Source of the DNA: Octopus vulgaris
Taxonomy: Eukaryota
DNA length: 64,000 nt
Assembly: GCA_951406725.2 (NCBI GenBank)
Contig: OX597826.1
Coordinates: forward strand, 59,086,001 to 59,150,000
Direction: 5' to 3'
Positions 38,530 to 51,449 of the stretch are shown piece after piece. Position numbers and translations under genes: made by a program. A model generated the notes under the pieces. It did no database searches, had not been told where the DNA came from, and worked only from the letters and a program-made list of their open reading frames with translations. The first letter of the stretch is position 1. The number at the start of each line of letters is the position of its first letter.

Positions 38530-38572
38530 CAATGACTTCGAAGTTTCGGCCGGATAACCCATCGTCTGAATA
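38530..38572 (-). ncRNA. Degenerate minimal hammerhead motif
   Basis: Minus strand CAGACGA-UGGGUUAUCCGGCC-GAAAC-UUCGAA-GUC: palindromic stem III and GUC triplet; U4 mutated. Confidence 0.45.
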
Positions 38573-38772
38573 AGAATAATAAATAATATTTATACAGTTA
38601 ATTCTCAATTTCCGCAATTCTTCCGATACTATTGTATTCTCTATTCGTCTAATAGTACTCATTCATTCAATAAATAAATTTGGAATAATAGGAAGCACTG
38701 AACGACTGTGTTAAAATTTGTGAAGGAATCAATTATTGCGTTGACTAGCCACGAGAATGTCCGCACTTTATT

Positions 38773-38823
<51 letters not shown>

Positions 38824-38928
38824 AGAGATATTTGTTACTTTTCGTGACAGAGAGCTGCAATGTACAAATAAAATGTACTAGAAAATTCCTAATGGAAGAC
38901 CGAGCTCATGTTCTGCAATGCTTTTCCA

Positions 38929-39099
<171 letters not shown>

Positions 39100-39104
39100 A
39101 AGAC

Positions 39105-39685
39105 AGCGAGCTGGCAGAAACGTTAGCATGCCGCGCGAAATGCCAAGTGTTATTTCGTCTACAGCTACGTTCTGAGTTCAAATTTCGCCGAGGTCGACAT
39201 TGCCTTACATCCTTTCGGGGTCGATTAAATAAGTACCAGTTACGCACTGGGGTAGATATAATCGACTTAATCCGTTTGTCTGTCCTTGTTTGTCCTCTCA
39301 GTGTTTAGCCCCTTGTAGGTAGTAAAGAAATAGGTATTTCGTCTGCCGCTGCGTTCTGAGTTCAAATTCCACCGAGGTCGACTTTGCGTTTCATCCTTTC
39401 GGGGTCGATTAAATAAGTACCAGTTACGCACTGGGGTCGATATAATCGACTTAATCCGTTTGTCTGTCCTTGTTTGTCCTCTCTGTGTTTAGACCTTTGT
39501 GGGTAGTAAAGAAATAGGTATATTTCGTCTGCCGCTACGTTCTGAGTTCAAATTCCGCCGAGGTCGACTTTGCCTTTCATTCTTTCGGAGTCGATAAATT
39601 AAGTACCAGTTGCTATACTGAGGTCGATTTAATTGACTGGCCCCCTCTCCCAAAATTTTGGGCCTTGTGCCTAGAGTAGAAAAGA
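39105..39685 (+). mobile_element. Tandem trimer of SINE family B
   Basis: Units restart at GTATTTCGTCTGCC at about 39334 and 39520, directly after AAAGAAATAG; the third unit has the alternative tail. Confidence 0.9.
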
Positions 39686-39703
39686 ATGTGTGTATATGCG
39701 TGT

Positions 39704-39735
<32 letters not shown>

Positions 39736-40296
39736 GTGTGTGAAATCATCATTAGCAAAGAACAAACCACACTTTGATAAAAATATACGAAAATTATAAT
39801 TAAAAAAAATTTTCTCTACAACTGTAGACTTTAATCATTGCTTTATTTAAGTAAAAGTTGCATATTACAAAGTAATCAATAAGAAGTTTGTTTTGTATTA
39901 TAGTATAGCTACATGATTGTGCATATAGATGGCGGTTCGATACATCATAACATAGTTATAAAATGCTTGGACAAAGGTCGGTAGTATGCGGGTTTGATTC
40001 CATTATTAGGTCATATGCGAGTAAAAGAAAAGAAATAACTATGGTATATCTAAGCATGTGTATTTAGATATATATGAAAACATAAACATATATATGTGTG
40101 TGTGTGTGTATGTGTGTGTTTGTGATTGTAGAAATTATATATACATATATATATTATAACAATATATATGCATATGTTTATCAATCTATTCATGTCTGTC
40201 TGTCTGCCCGCCTGTCTGTCTATCTATCAATCAATCTATCTATCTGTCTGTGTGTGTGTCAGTCTGTCTCTCTGTCTATCTATCAATCAATGTCTG

Positions 40297-40371
<75 letters not shown>

Positions 40372-40629
40372 GTCTGTCTGTCTGTCTATCTGTCTGTCTG
40401 TCTTTCTATCGGTCAGTCTGTCTGTTTGTCTACCTACCTACCCATATGCCTACCTACCTATCTACCTACCTACCTACCTACCTACCTACCTACCTACCTA
40501 CCTACCTACCTGCCTGCCTACCTACCTACCTAACTACCAACCTACCTATCTACCCAACTAACTATACATTTTAAAATTAAACATACAACATATATTTTGA
40601 AAGGTCTATTTCTCATTTCTTCTTTGGAA

Positions 40630-41000
40630 ATTTCCTGGTCGAAAGAGGACTTTTCCCTTGTAGCTACTCTACCATAATAATCAAGTTGATGAAGATACCT
40701 CAAAGAAACATTCCGAATCATTCACAGTTGCTCTGAAACATCCGATGCATTACAAACAACACTATTTTCAACCATCAGCCTAATAATTCGAAGACACCTG
40801 TCAGCCGTCCTAGGTCGAACTGAACCGAATGCTTTTAATTCTTTTCATTTGATGGGGAATTGTACCATAACTCTGTTGAATGTAGCAAGAGCAATCCCAG
40901 AGTTCTGCACGCTATTACGACGTCGAAATTTTGATTAATCCCCAATAGTTGTTCTTTGAAAATCAAAGGACTCTTTCGCTCCCGGTATTCGCGGCATGCC
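40630..41000 (-). mobile_element. Tc1-like transposase N-terminal remnant
   Basis: MPRIPGAKESFDFQRTTIG...GSVRPRTADRCLRII...YLHQLDYYGRVATRE resembles Tc1 HTH / RSGRP / G...R.A.RKP motifs. Confidence 0.55.
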
Positions 41001-41242
41001 TATAAGCAATTACTGAACTGCATACAGAAATGAAAAATTATAGAACGTCAACAAGCTGGAAAAACCAGATAGTGCCCTCACAGATTAAACAGAACAATGG
41101 GATGAGTCTATATATACGTACATGCTTACATACATACATACGTACGTACATACATACATACATACATACATACATACATACATACATACATACATACATG
41201 CATACATACGTACATACATACATACATACATACATACATACA

Positions 41243-41274
<32 letters not shown>

Positions 41275-41339
41275 CATACATACGTACGTACGTAAGTACG
41301 TACATACATACATACATACATACATACAGTATTCAAAAT

Positions 41340-41481
41340 GTGACCGCGTGTGTGCCGTTGACGATTTTTTCCCCTCTGTCTTCCCTTCTCTGGATCTTTC
41401 CTTCTCCTATGTTTCCGACGAAGAGCTCCGCTCGAAACGTTAAACCCTCCTTCTCTCCTTCTTTCCTGGGCGTCCAATAAT
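41340..41481 (+). mobile_element. Hammerhead-bearing short element, copy 2 (3' end lost at a SINE A junction)
   Basis: Identical hammerhead motif at 41411-41445. Confidence 0.8.
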
Positions 41482-41828
41482 ACACCGCCTTTAATCGAGC
41501 AAATCGACCCCAGGACTTATTCTTTGTAAGCCTAGTACTTCTTCTATCGGTCTCTTTTTGCCGAATCGCTAAGCTACGCGAACGTAAACCCACCAGCATC
41601 GGTTGTCAAGCAATGTTGCGGGGACAAACATAGACAAACATATATATACATATACATATATCCGACGGGCTTCTTTTCAGTTTCCTTTAACCATATCCAC
41701 TCACAAGGCTTTGGTCGGCCCGAGTCTATAGTAGAAGACACTAGCCCAAGGTGTCACGCAGTGGTACAGAACCCGGAACCAGGTGGTTGGTAAGCAAACT
41801 ACTTACCACACAGCCACTCCTGCGCCTA
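41482..41828 (-). mobile_element. SINE family A (tail truncated)
   Basis: Reverse-complement match. Confidence 0.88.
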
Positions 41829-41914
41829 TATCTATGTCTATGTTTTCCGGTCTCGGAATTGAAACCACGATCTCGCGGCCGTGAGAGCAACACCCCAACC
41901 ACTACGCCACGTAC

Positions 41915-41952
<38 letters not shown>

Positions 41953-43656
41953 GCAAACAAATATATTTGTATATTCATCCACACTCATAACAGAGCAAGT
42001 AGAAATTATTCGAAAATAAATTTCGATTGGATGCACGATAAAAGAAAAAGAAACCTGCCTTCTTATTCGTTAATATTAAGCAACCAATTTTCCCAAATGT
42101 TCTTGAGAGTTTGGAGAAGCGGTAGGGGGTTAATGATATGCATAAATAGTATATGAACGTGTATAGAGATGCGTGTATAGGAATAAATTTAAGAATTTAA
42201 TATGTATGTGTTTAAAGGTGGAAAATTATATTCGAAACTCTATGAAATGGAAAAGTGAAAATTCATAGCTTATTAAAACGAAAAGAAAAAAAATGTTAAA
42301 GAGAATAATTATCTAGAAATAGAAAGAAAAAATTTCATATGTGGCAGAGAGAAACAACAGGCCGAAACAATATTAAAGGGTTCATTGTTTTATAAATTTA
42401 CAGGTTTATAATCCGAGGATACTTGAGACTATGATTACTAGTTGAGAATAGTTCGAAACTTACATTATGAACTACAGAATTCTGGAAGGTATTGACTTAA
42501 TGAGGATTTCGCTTAAATATAACTGGCAGTACACTTTTGATCAAAATTTCAATGTAAGGTTGACGGTGCGAAATCTGTTCTGGCTCAAGCAGTCGACATC
42601 AACTCTTTTCTTCGATACGTATGCATGAACAAATGGATAACTGTATATTTGCTACTGTAAATATGGTTGTGTGTGTGTGTGTTTGTATGTGCGTATGTAT
42701 GAGAGCAGTATGCCTCTCTCTCTCTTTGTATGTGTGTATATGTGTGTTCTACAATAAGTAAAGTCAAAGAACAAAGTACTCCATTTAGTGGTAAATAATC
42801 ATCATTTAATGTATACAGAATTTTAACAAAAGATCTAATAGTTTCATGACATACGGATACAATAATTTGACAGCTCCCTGGTTTTCAAATAGGACTAACT
42901 GTATGCACTGAGTCTGAAGGATTGCTTAGATACTCATTGCATGTTGTATAAATCTGCCACAATATTGTATCTCTACAGCATGAAACTAATAGTAGCTCTT
43001 TTTTTTTTTTACAATTCTGCGCGCGTGTGTGTATGTGTGTATTAAATATAAGGATAAAATCTATATAAGATTTTATCAATCAGCTAGCGTGTAAAACGAA
43101 TTAAGGTAAAAAATTATCATGAAATATATAATTTTTTAAAAATACATTATTACATTAACGGGTCTTACTATAAGTAAAGCCACAGGCTTGAAAGGAACGC
43201 TAAAGTCAAACTACTTCATCAAATATACACACATGTTGAAGTCGAGGGAAAGAACAAAGAAAACTCTTTTAAAAGGTTCAGTTGCATATTGAAACGATCT
43301 CATGTAACACGCTCTCTCATCAGTGCAAGCATAACCAGAAATAGTTAATATAAACACTTATACATACCATACGAACACAATGTATCCACAGAGCATATAC
43401 AAATGTTCACACTTATATATCCTATTCAATCCTATTCATCTCAGCCTTGTTTGTAAAACCAAAATAATTCAACATTGATTATATTCGATTTAATATTTAT
43501 CAATTAAATATAAGGATAAAATATATACAATATTTTATGAAGTAGCCAGAGTGTAAAATCGATTAAGGTAAAAAATTAATACAAAGTATATAATTAAAAA
43601 AAATTCATTATGTAAGTATGTATATATGTATGTCGCCAAATGTTACTCAGTGTATA

Positions 43657-44071
43657 TACTCTTTTACTCTTTTACTTGTTTCAGTCATTTTGACTGCGGC
43701 CATGCTGGAGCACCGCCTTTTTTAATCGAGCAACTCGACCCCGGGACTTATTCTTTGTAAGCCCAGTACTTATTCTATCGGTCTCTTTTGCCGAACCGCT
43801 AAGTGACGGGGACATAAACACATCAGAATCGGTTGTCAAGCAATGCTAGGGGGACAAACACAGACACACAAACACACACGCACACATATATATATATACA
43901 TATATACGACGGGCTTCTTTCAGTTTCCGTCTACCAAATCCACTCACAAAGCTTTGGTCGGTCCGAGGCTATAGTAGAAGACACTTTCCCAAGGTGCCAC
44001 GCCGTGGGACTGAACCCGGAACCATGTGGTTGGTAAACAAGCTACTTACCACACAGCCACTCCTGTGCCTA
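43657..44071 (-). mobile_element. SINE family A
   Basis: Full length with (CTCTTTTA)2 tail. Confidence 0.92.
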
Positions 44072-44534
44072 TATAATATCTATATCTATATCTATTTATA
44101 TATATGCATTTATGCTTGCATGCCTATGTGCATGCATGCCTGTGTGCATGTAATTACATGTGTGCTTGTGTGTCGGCGTGTATATATATATATATATACA
44201 TGTGTGTGTACGCCTGTTGCCGCATTTGTCTTCCTGTTTGTGTATCTGTTTTAATCTTTCTGTAAGGTGTCTTGGGTGATTTTCGAGTTAGGATCCATAT
44301 TATATTTTCTGCTAAACTAATTCCGTTCTCTTACCACAAACTGCTCACTAAACCCACATTGAGGTCCCTCTTAATATCTTCACCGGTTGTTGGATTTCTT
44401 TTTTTTTGTTGTTGTTGCTTTGTTTTGTCTATGATGTGGAGTGTTTTCCTTAAAATTGAAATCGTTTTTCCACCACCACTTCGAAATCTTCCGCCTACAC
44501 AATATATTCAATAGCAATCGACGTGCCTTCACAG

Positions 44535-44920
44535 TACCACCACCAAAGCACCACTACCGCCGCCACCACCACCACCGACGCCACCACCACCACCACCACC
44601 ACCACCACCACAACCACCACCGCCGCCGCCGCCGACGCCGCCGCCACCACCACCACCACCACCATCACCACCACCACCACCACCACTACTGCCTCACTGC
44701 CGCTCCCGCCGCCAAAACCGCAACTACCATTCATGGATCTTTAACCACCACTAACATCATCACCGCCATTCCCACCGCCAAAACCGCCCCCGCCACCAAA
44801 ACCGCAACTACCATTCATGGATCTTTAATCACCACTATCATTACCATCGCCATTCCCACCTTCATGATCACATTCACAAGTTGTCACACCACCACCACCA
44901 CCACCAACTACCTATCACAA
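44535..44920. repeat. (CAC/CGC)n cryptic simple repeat
   Basis: Direct sequence; includes a roughly 50-bp duplication CCAAAACCGCAACTACCATTCATGGATCTTTAA. Confidence 0.9.
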
Positions 44921-44924
44921 CTAC

Positions 44925-45152
44925 CTTTTTATTACCCGCAAGGGGCTAAACACAGAGGAGACAAACAAGGACATACATAGGTATTAAGTTGATTACATCG
45001 ACCCCAGTGCGTAACTGGTACTTAATTTATCGACCCCGAAAGGATGAAAGGCAAAGTTGACCTCGGCGGAATTTGAACTCAGAACATAACGGCAGACGAA
45101 ATACGGCTACTCATTTCGCCCAGCGTGCTAACGTTTTTCCCACCACACCGCC

Positions 45153-45153
<1 letters not shown>
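44925..45153 (-). mobile_element. SINE family B
   Basis: Reverse-complement match. Confidence 0.88.
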
Positions 45154-45198
<45 letters not shown>

Positions 45199-45205
45199 TG
45201 ATAAC

Positions 45206-45258
<53 letters not shown>

Positions 45259-45295
45259 CAACAACCACATCAACAACAACAACAACAACAATAAC

Positions 45296-45333
<38 letters not shown>

Positions 45334-45356
45334 TGATAACAATGATAATAATAATG

Positions 45357-45436
<80 letters not shown>

Positions 45437-45438
<2 letters not shown>

Positions 45439-45826
45439 TAATAAAAAATGCTTTCTAATTGATGTATCAATACCGGCTGATGACAACGTGTCTCTAAAAG
45501 AAATGGAGAAACTCTCAAAATACAAAGACCTGGAAATAGAGGTAACTAGAATGTGGAATCTGAAAACAGAAACAATTCCTATCATAGTAGGTGCATTAGG
45601 CATGATAAAAAAATATTCAGACAAATACATAGCAAAAACACCAGGACTTACAAACACATATAACATACAGAAAATTGCACTACTAGGCACTGCACACATC
45701 CTACGCAGAACACTTTCCATACAATAACCATCAGAGCATCACAACAAATCACAGCACATACCCAAGGCACACAGAGCTGTGCTCGGTAGTGAAGTGAAAG
45801 CACGCTATAAAAATAAAACTACTGGA
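45437..45826 (+). mobile_element. R4/Dong-like non-LTR retrotransposon 3' end (restriction-like endonuclease) within (TAA)n
   Basis: KKCFLIDVSIPADDNVSLKEMEKLSKYKDLEIEVTRMW...IPIIVGALG...QKIALLGTAHILRRTL* plus about 100 bp of 3' UTR, flanked on both sides by (TAA)n. Confidence 0.88.
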
Positions 45827-45831
45827 TAATG

Positions 45832-45901
<70 letters not shown>

Positions 45902-45984
45902 CAACATCAACAACAACCACATCAACAACAACAACAACAACAACAACAATAACAATAATAATAATAATAATAATAATGATTTCA

Positions 45985-46295
45985 AAGCCTGCAATTTTGA
46001 GGGAGGGGTGAGTCGATTAGATCGACACCAGGATTCAAATGGTACTCCTTTTAACGACCACCGAAGGTATAATTAATAATCCTTTCTACTCGAGGCACAA
46101 GGCCCGAAAATTCGTAGGGTGGGGATAAGTCGATTACAACGGCACCAGTCCCAAACTGGTACTTATTTTATCGACCCAGAAAGGATGAAAGGCAAAGTCA
46201 ACCTCGACGGAATTCGAACTTTTAACGTAACGACAGACGAAATGCCACTAAGCAATTTGACCTGCGCGGTAATGTTTCTACCATTACACCGCCTT
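45985..46295 (-). mobile_element. SINE family B pieces (alternative tail)
   Basis: CTGGTACTTATTTTATCGACCC.GAAAGGATGAAAGGCAAAGTC; tail AGGCACAAGGCCCGAAA. Confidence 0.75.
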
Positions 46296-46619
46296 GAATA
46301 GTGGGATATGTTAGATTGTGTTGCATATAAGCCGGAATAATCTCCTTCTGGCTCTTATGAAGGCGTTCAGTGGATTAACGACAGCAACCATCGTCCACCA
46401 ATCAGAACCATCGACCAAAATCCAAAATCCAGCATTGATCCAGTATAATCCGTCACTGTACCGATCACTATCGCTACCACCGCAGCCATCCTTCCACTAA
46501 GAACCGTCCTAAACTGTACGATACTAATCATCCGCTAACAGCATCAGAGGGGTTTGCTGTCAAGTACTCAATTCTACCATTCATGATCGGACACCGCAAC
46601 CTTCACCAGCAACGTCAGT

Positions 46620-47160
46620 GCCATCACCACCACCACCACCACCACCAACACCACCACCACCACCACCACCACCAACACCACTACCATCACCACCACCACC
46701 ACCATCACCACATCATCATTATCACCACTACTATCATCATCACCACCACCACCACCAACACCACCAACACCACTACCATCACCACCACCACCACCATCAC
46801 CACGACACCACCACCACTACCACTACCATCGCTACCTACACCAATTCCACGAAGACACCCACCACTACCACCACCACAACCACCACCACCACCACCATCA
46901 CCACCACCACCACCACCACCATCACCACCACCATCATCACGACGACCACCACCATCACCACCATCACCACCACCATCATCACGACGACCACCACCACGAC
47001 GATGACCACCACGACCACAACCACCACGACCACGACCACCACCACCACCACCACTACCATCGCTACCTACACCAATTCCAAAAAGACACCCACCTCCACC
47101 ACTGCCACCACCACCGTCACACTACCACCACCACCACCACCACACAACCACCACCAATAC
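46620..47160. repeat. (CAC)n cryptic simple repeat
   Basis: Direct sequence. Confidence 0.9.
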
Positions 47161-47752
47161 AACAAAGGTACCCCCTCATCCCGCCTCCTCCCACTATCGC
47201 TTCCCGTTTTTATATTTCTGTCAACATTTATCATAATATATTTTCTCTTCTATCACCCCGGGAGTGTTTATATCATTTTCTTTTCCAACTGACTTCCCCA
47301 CCCACACTACACCCCTACACACCCAGTCCTCCCGCTACACATATGTCTTTTCCTTTCTTTCTTTCTTTCTTTCTTTATTCATTTATCTATTTATGTACTT
47401 ATTTATTTATTAGTGTACTTATTTATTTATTATTTCATTTTATCTCTTTATAATCTTAACTTCTACCACACCTCATTCCCTGACTCCTCCTCCTCCCCCT
47501 GCTCTTCTTCCTCCTCCTCCGTCTATGTTTGTTATTTATTTACCTTGCCTCTCGTTCTCTTTTGTTTTCTTGTTTACTAATTGTTTGTTTATCTTTATCT
47601 TTTCTTTGATTTTTGTTTTTTTCTCGGTGTTTTTCTAACATCTATCTAGGGGTGTCTGAACGTGTGTTTTTTCCTTTATGTACATCTATGTACATACGTA
47701 TGCATCTCTGCACGAATATTATGCTTGTATATATTTGCGTATATATTTATGT

Positions 47753-47783
<31 letters not shown>

Positions 47784-47871
47784 CACATACATAGATACAT
47801 GCATGCACACATGCATGGTTACATATATACATACATGCATGTATGCATGTATGCAAGTATGAATATATATG

Positions 47872-47910
<39 letters not shown>

Positions 47911-47927
47911 TGTGTGTGCATGTGTGC

Positions 47928-48033
<106 letters not shown>

Positions 48034-48172
48034 TATATTTGTATGTATATATATATAAATATATCTATAAAAATGTAATAGCAACATCACCATTCTTCAC
48101 TTCTTTTATATATATGTGGATATATATGATATATGAGATATATATGTGATATGTCTATATATATCATAATAT

Positions 48173-48216
<44 letters not shown>

Positions 48217-48238
48217 ATATGAATATATATATATATAT

Positions 48239-48300
<62 letters not shown>

Positions 48301-48639
48301 GTATATGTATATATTTTTGTATATATATGTATGTATGTGTATGTGTTTATCTGTTGTGTGTATTTGGGTGAGCATATGTTGTTTAATTTACCCATACTCC
48401 GCTTTACACTCATACACTACCTCATACTCTTACCCAATGATCAACCACTACCATCAACGCAACAATAACTTCAACAACGTTTCCTTACGGTTTGTTTCGT
48501 AATACTTTTGTTTTTCTGTTGTTGTTTAGCCCCAGGTCAGTGCTGGTGGGGGAAGATCTATGATCTGACAGTGAGAATATGACTTACTGTCCACACGAAC
48601 TGTCACATATCATTTACAACCACCGTCTATTTACGACCA

Positions 48640-49065
48640 CGGTTTCCACCATCACCACCACCATCATCATCCTCATCATCCTCATCATTATTATCACCAC
48701 CACCACCACCACCACCACCACCACCTCCACCACCATCACCACCACCATCACCCATCATCATCATCACCACCACCACTACCATCACCACGACTATCATCAT
48801 CATTACAAGCACCACGAACGCCATTACCATCACCACCACCACCATCACCATCATCCCCACCACCATCATCCTCATCATCATCATCATCACCACCACCACC
48901 ACCAAAACCATCTTCACCAGCACGGGCACCCTCACCCCACTCCCATTACCACCCTCAAGAAGAAGAAGAAGAAGAAGGAAAAGAAGAAAAAAAGAAGAAG
49001 AAGAAGAAGAAGAAGAAGAAGAAGAAGAAGAAGAAGAAGAAGAAGAAGGAGAAGAAGAAGAGCAA
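48640..49065. repeat. (CAC/CAT)n followed by (GAA)n
   Basis: Direct sequence. Confidence 0.9.
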
Positions 49066-49374
49066 CAATAACAACTAAAGCAATAACAGTAATCACCATC
49101 GCCACCATATATCAGTATTATCCCCACCATCACCTCTAACGCAAAGTAACTGGAGAATGTTTATGAGATGGCGACTTGCAAAAAACATTAGCCGAATATC
49201 TCCCCTTAAGGAAAAGAGCATAGGTGCACGCGTGGCTGTGTAGTAAGAAGGTTGCTTCCCAACCACATAGTTCTGGGCTCAGTCCCACGGCGTGGCATCT
49301 TAGGCAAGTGTATTCTACTATAGGGTCGGTCTGATCGAAGCCTTGTAAGTAAACAGAAACTGAAAGAACCCGTC

Positions 49375-49409
<35 letters not shown>

Positions 49410-49611
49410 GTTAATCCAAACAGGAAAGCACAAAAAAACACAACAACGCGAGGACGTGGAACAAATATAGTATTATTGGACGCTCAGGAAAGAAGGAAAG
49501 AAAGAGGGTTTAACGTTTCGAGCCGAGCTCTTCGTCGGAAACATAGGAGAAGGAAAGATCCAGAGAAGGGAAGACAGAGGAAAAAAATCACCAACGGTAC
49601 ACACGAGGTCA
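49410..49611 (-). mobile_element. Hammerhead-bearing short element, copy 3
   Basis: Reverse complement of 32036-32240; hammerhead at 49508-49542. Confidence 0.8.
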
Positions 49612-49744
49612 TATATATATATATATATATGTCTGTGTGTATATGTGTATGTGTGTGTGTATGTGTGTGTGTGAGTAGTTGTGTATGTGTATCTGTGTAC
49701 GTGTGCATGTAAATAGAGAACAGTCACCATATTTCATTCCATAT

Positions 49745-49835
49745 TGGCTACCTCTGATGAGCGTAGGGTTACATAATCGGATTACTACCTAACATTCTGC
49801 TGAATCCCTAGCGCGAGACTGATCGGTAACAGCGG
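49745..49835 (+). ncRNA. Degenerate hammerhead motif
   Basis: CUGAUGA-GCGUAGGG...CCCUAGCGC-GAGAC-UGAUCG-GUA; GAAA core reads GAGA and stem I is poor. Confidence 0.4.
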
Positions 49836-49891
49836 CCGTAATGGATATACAAAACAGCTCACTTCGGATAATATATATATATATACATACG

Positions 49892-49963
<72 letters not shown>

Positions 49964-50196
49964 TTGTGTGTATGTGCTTGTCCCTCACCATCGTTCGACA
50001 ACCAATGCTGGGGTGTTTATGTCCCCGTAAGTTAGCGGTTCGTCAAAAGTGACCGATAGAATAAGTACTAGGCTTACAAAGAATAAGTCCTGGGGTCGAT
50101 ATGTTCGACTAAAGGCGGTGCTCCAGCATAGCCGGAGTGTAATGACTGAAACAAATAAAAATATAAAAGATATATATTAAAAAAATCAACAATATA

Positions 50197-50377
50197 GGCG
50201 TAGGAGTGGCTGTGTGGTAAGTAGCTTGCTTACCAACCACATGGTCCCGGGTTCAGTCCCACTGCGTGGCACCTTGGGCAAGTGTCTTCTACTATAGCCT
50301 GGGGCCAACCAAAGCCTTGTGAGTGGATTTGGTAGACGGAAACTGAAGGAAGCCCGTCGTATATATGTATATATATG

Positions 50378-50454
<77 letters not shown>

Positions 50455-50654
50455 TTGCGTGTCTGCGGTTGTGCCAACATCGCTTGACAACCGATGCTGG
50501 TGTTTTTACGTCCCCGTAACTTAACGGTTCGGCAAAAGTGACCGATAGAATAAGTACTAGGCTTACAAAGAATAAAGTCCTGGAGTCGATTTGCTCGACT
50601 AAAGGCGGTGCTCCAGCATGGCCACAGTCAAATGACTGAAACAAGTAAAAGAGG
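50197..50654 (+). mobile_element. SINE family A
   Basis: Full-length, near-consensus copy. Confidence 0.93.
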
Positions 50655-50918
50655 AAGATATATATATATATATATGAAAAGTTTCTGATTTCAAGGGCAT
50701 CGCGAAAGGCCTGGCTGGAAGCCTAACCTTCCCAGGTCTTTTACAGGGGTCAGAAAAACCCTAGGACTGCTGCAACAACTGTGTGAATCTGAGAGGAGAA
50801 TATATTGAATAAAATTATGATTAACTGATCCTCCTCCATTTTCTTTTTACCCAATGCAAGGAACATTTCTGCGCACCCCGACATCAGTCTGCGTATGTGT
50901 GCGTGCGTATGTGTGTGT

Positions 50919-50995
<77 letters not shown>

Positions 50996-51029
50996 TTTGC
51001 TCTGTCAATATTATAATGGGAATTCGACT

Positions 51030-51190
51030 GTCTTTACGTTCTAAGTTCAAATTTTAGCCGAGGTCGACTTTGCCTTTCATCCTTTCGGGAGTCGATAAAT
51101 TAAGTACCAGTTGCGTACAGGGGTCGATTTAATCGACTGCACCCCCCACCCCAAATAAAAAATTCTGGTCTTGTGCTTAGAATAGAAAAA
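51030..51190 (+). mobile_element. SINE family B, 5'-truncated
   Basis: CCGAGGTCGACTTTGCCTTTCATCCTTTCGGGAGTCGATAAATTAAGTACCAG. Confidence 0.8.
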
Positions 51191-51449
51191 TAAAATTATA
51201 ATCGGACTGATCAACCATGGCCACAACAGCGACGTCAACAACCACGACGACGATGTCAATGGTAAAGGTGACGCCGCCGGCGGGATTGGTGACTGACACC
51301 ACCACCACCACCACTTGGACTACAACAACAACAAAAACAACAACAACAGACTATTGTTGTTTTTGTTGTTGCTGTAATTCTAAAAAGCTGATAATTTCGT
51401 GATCTGGTTCGCCATCTGATTTCGATGGCAGAGGGATGATAGCAGCGAT

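Larger units (their letters stand above)
49222..50170 (+). mobile_element. SINE family A split by insertions in its internal microsatellite
   Basis: Head 49222-49378, tail about 49965-50170. Confidence 0.8.

Noticed and set aside
45125-45436. Poly-Asn N-terminus of the 200-aa ORF
   Set aside because: In-frame (AAT)n target repeat; only the part from about 45437 is retroelement-derived.
50690-50770. Hairpin between TA tracts as a possible ribozyme
   Set aside because: No CUGANGA/GAAA arrangement found on either strand.
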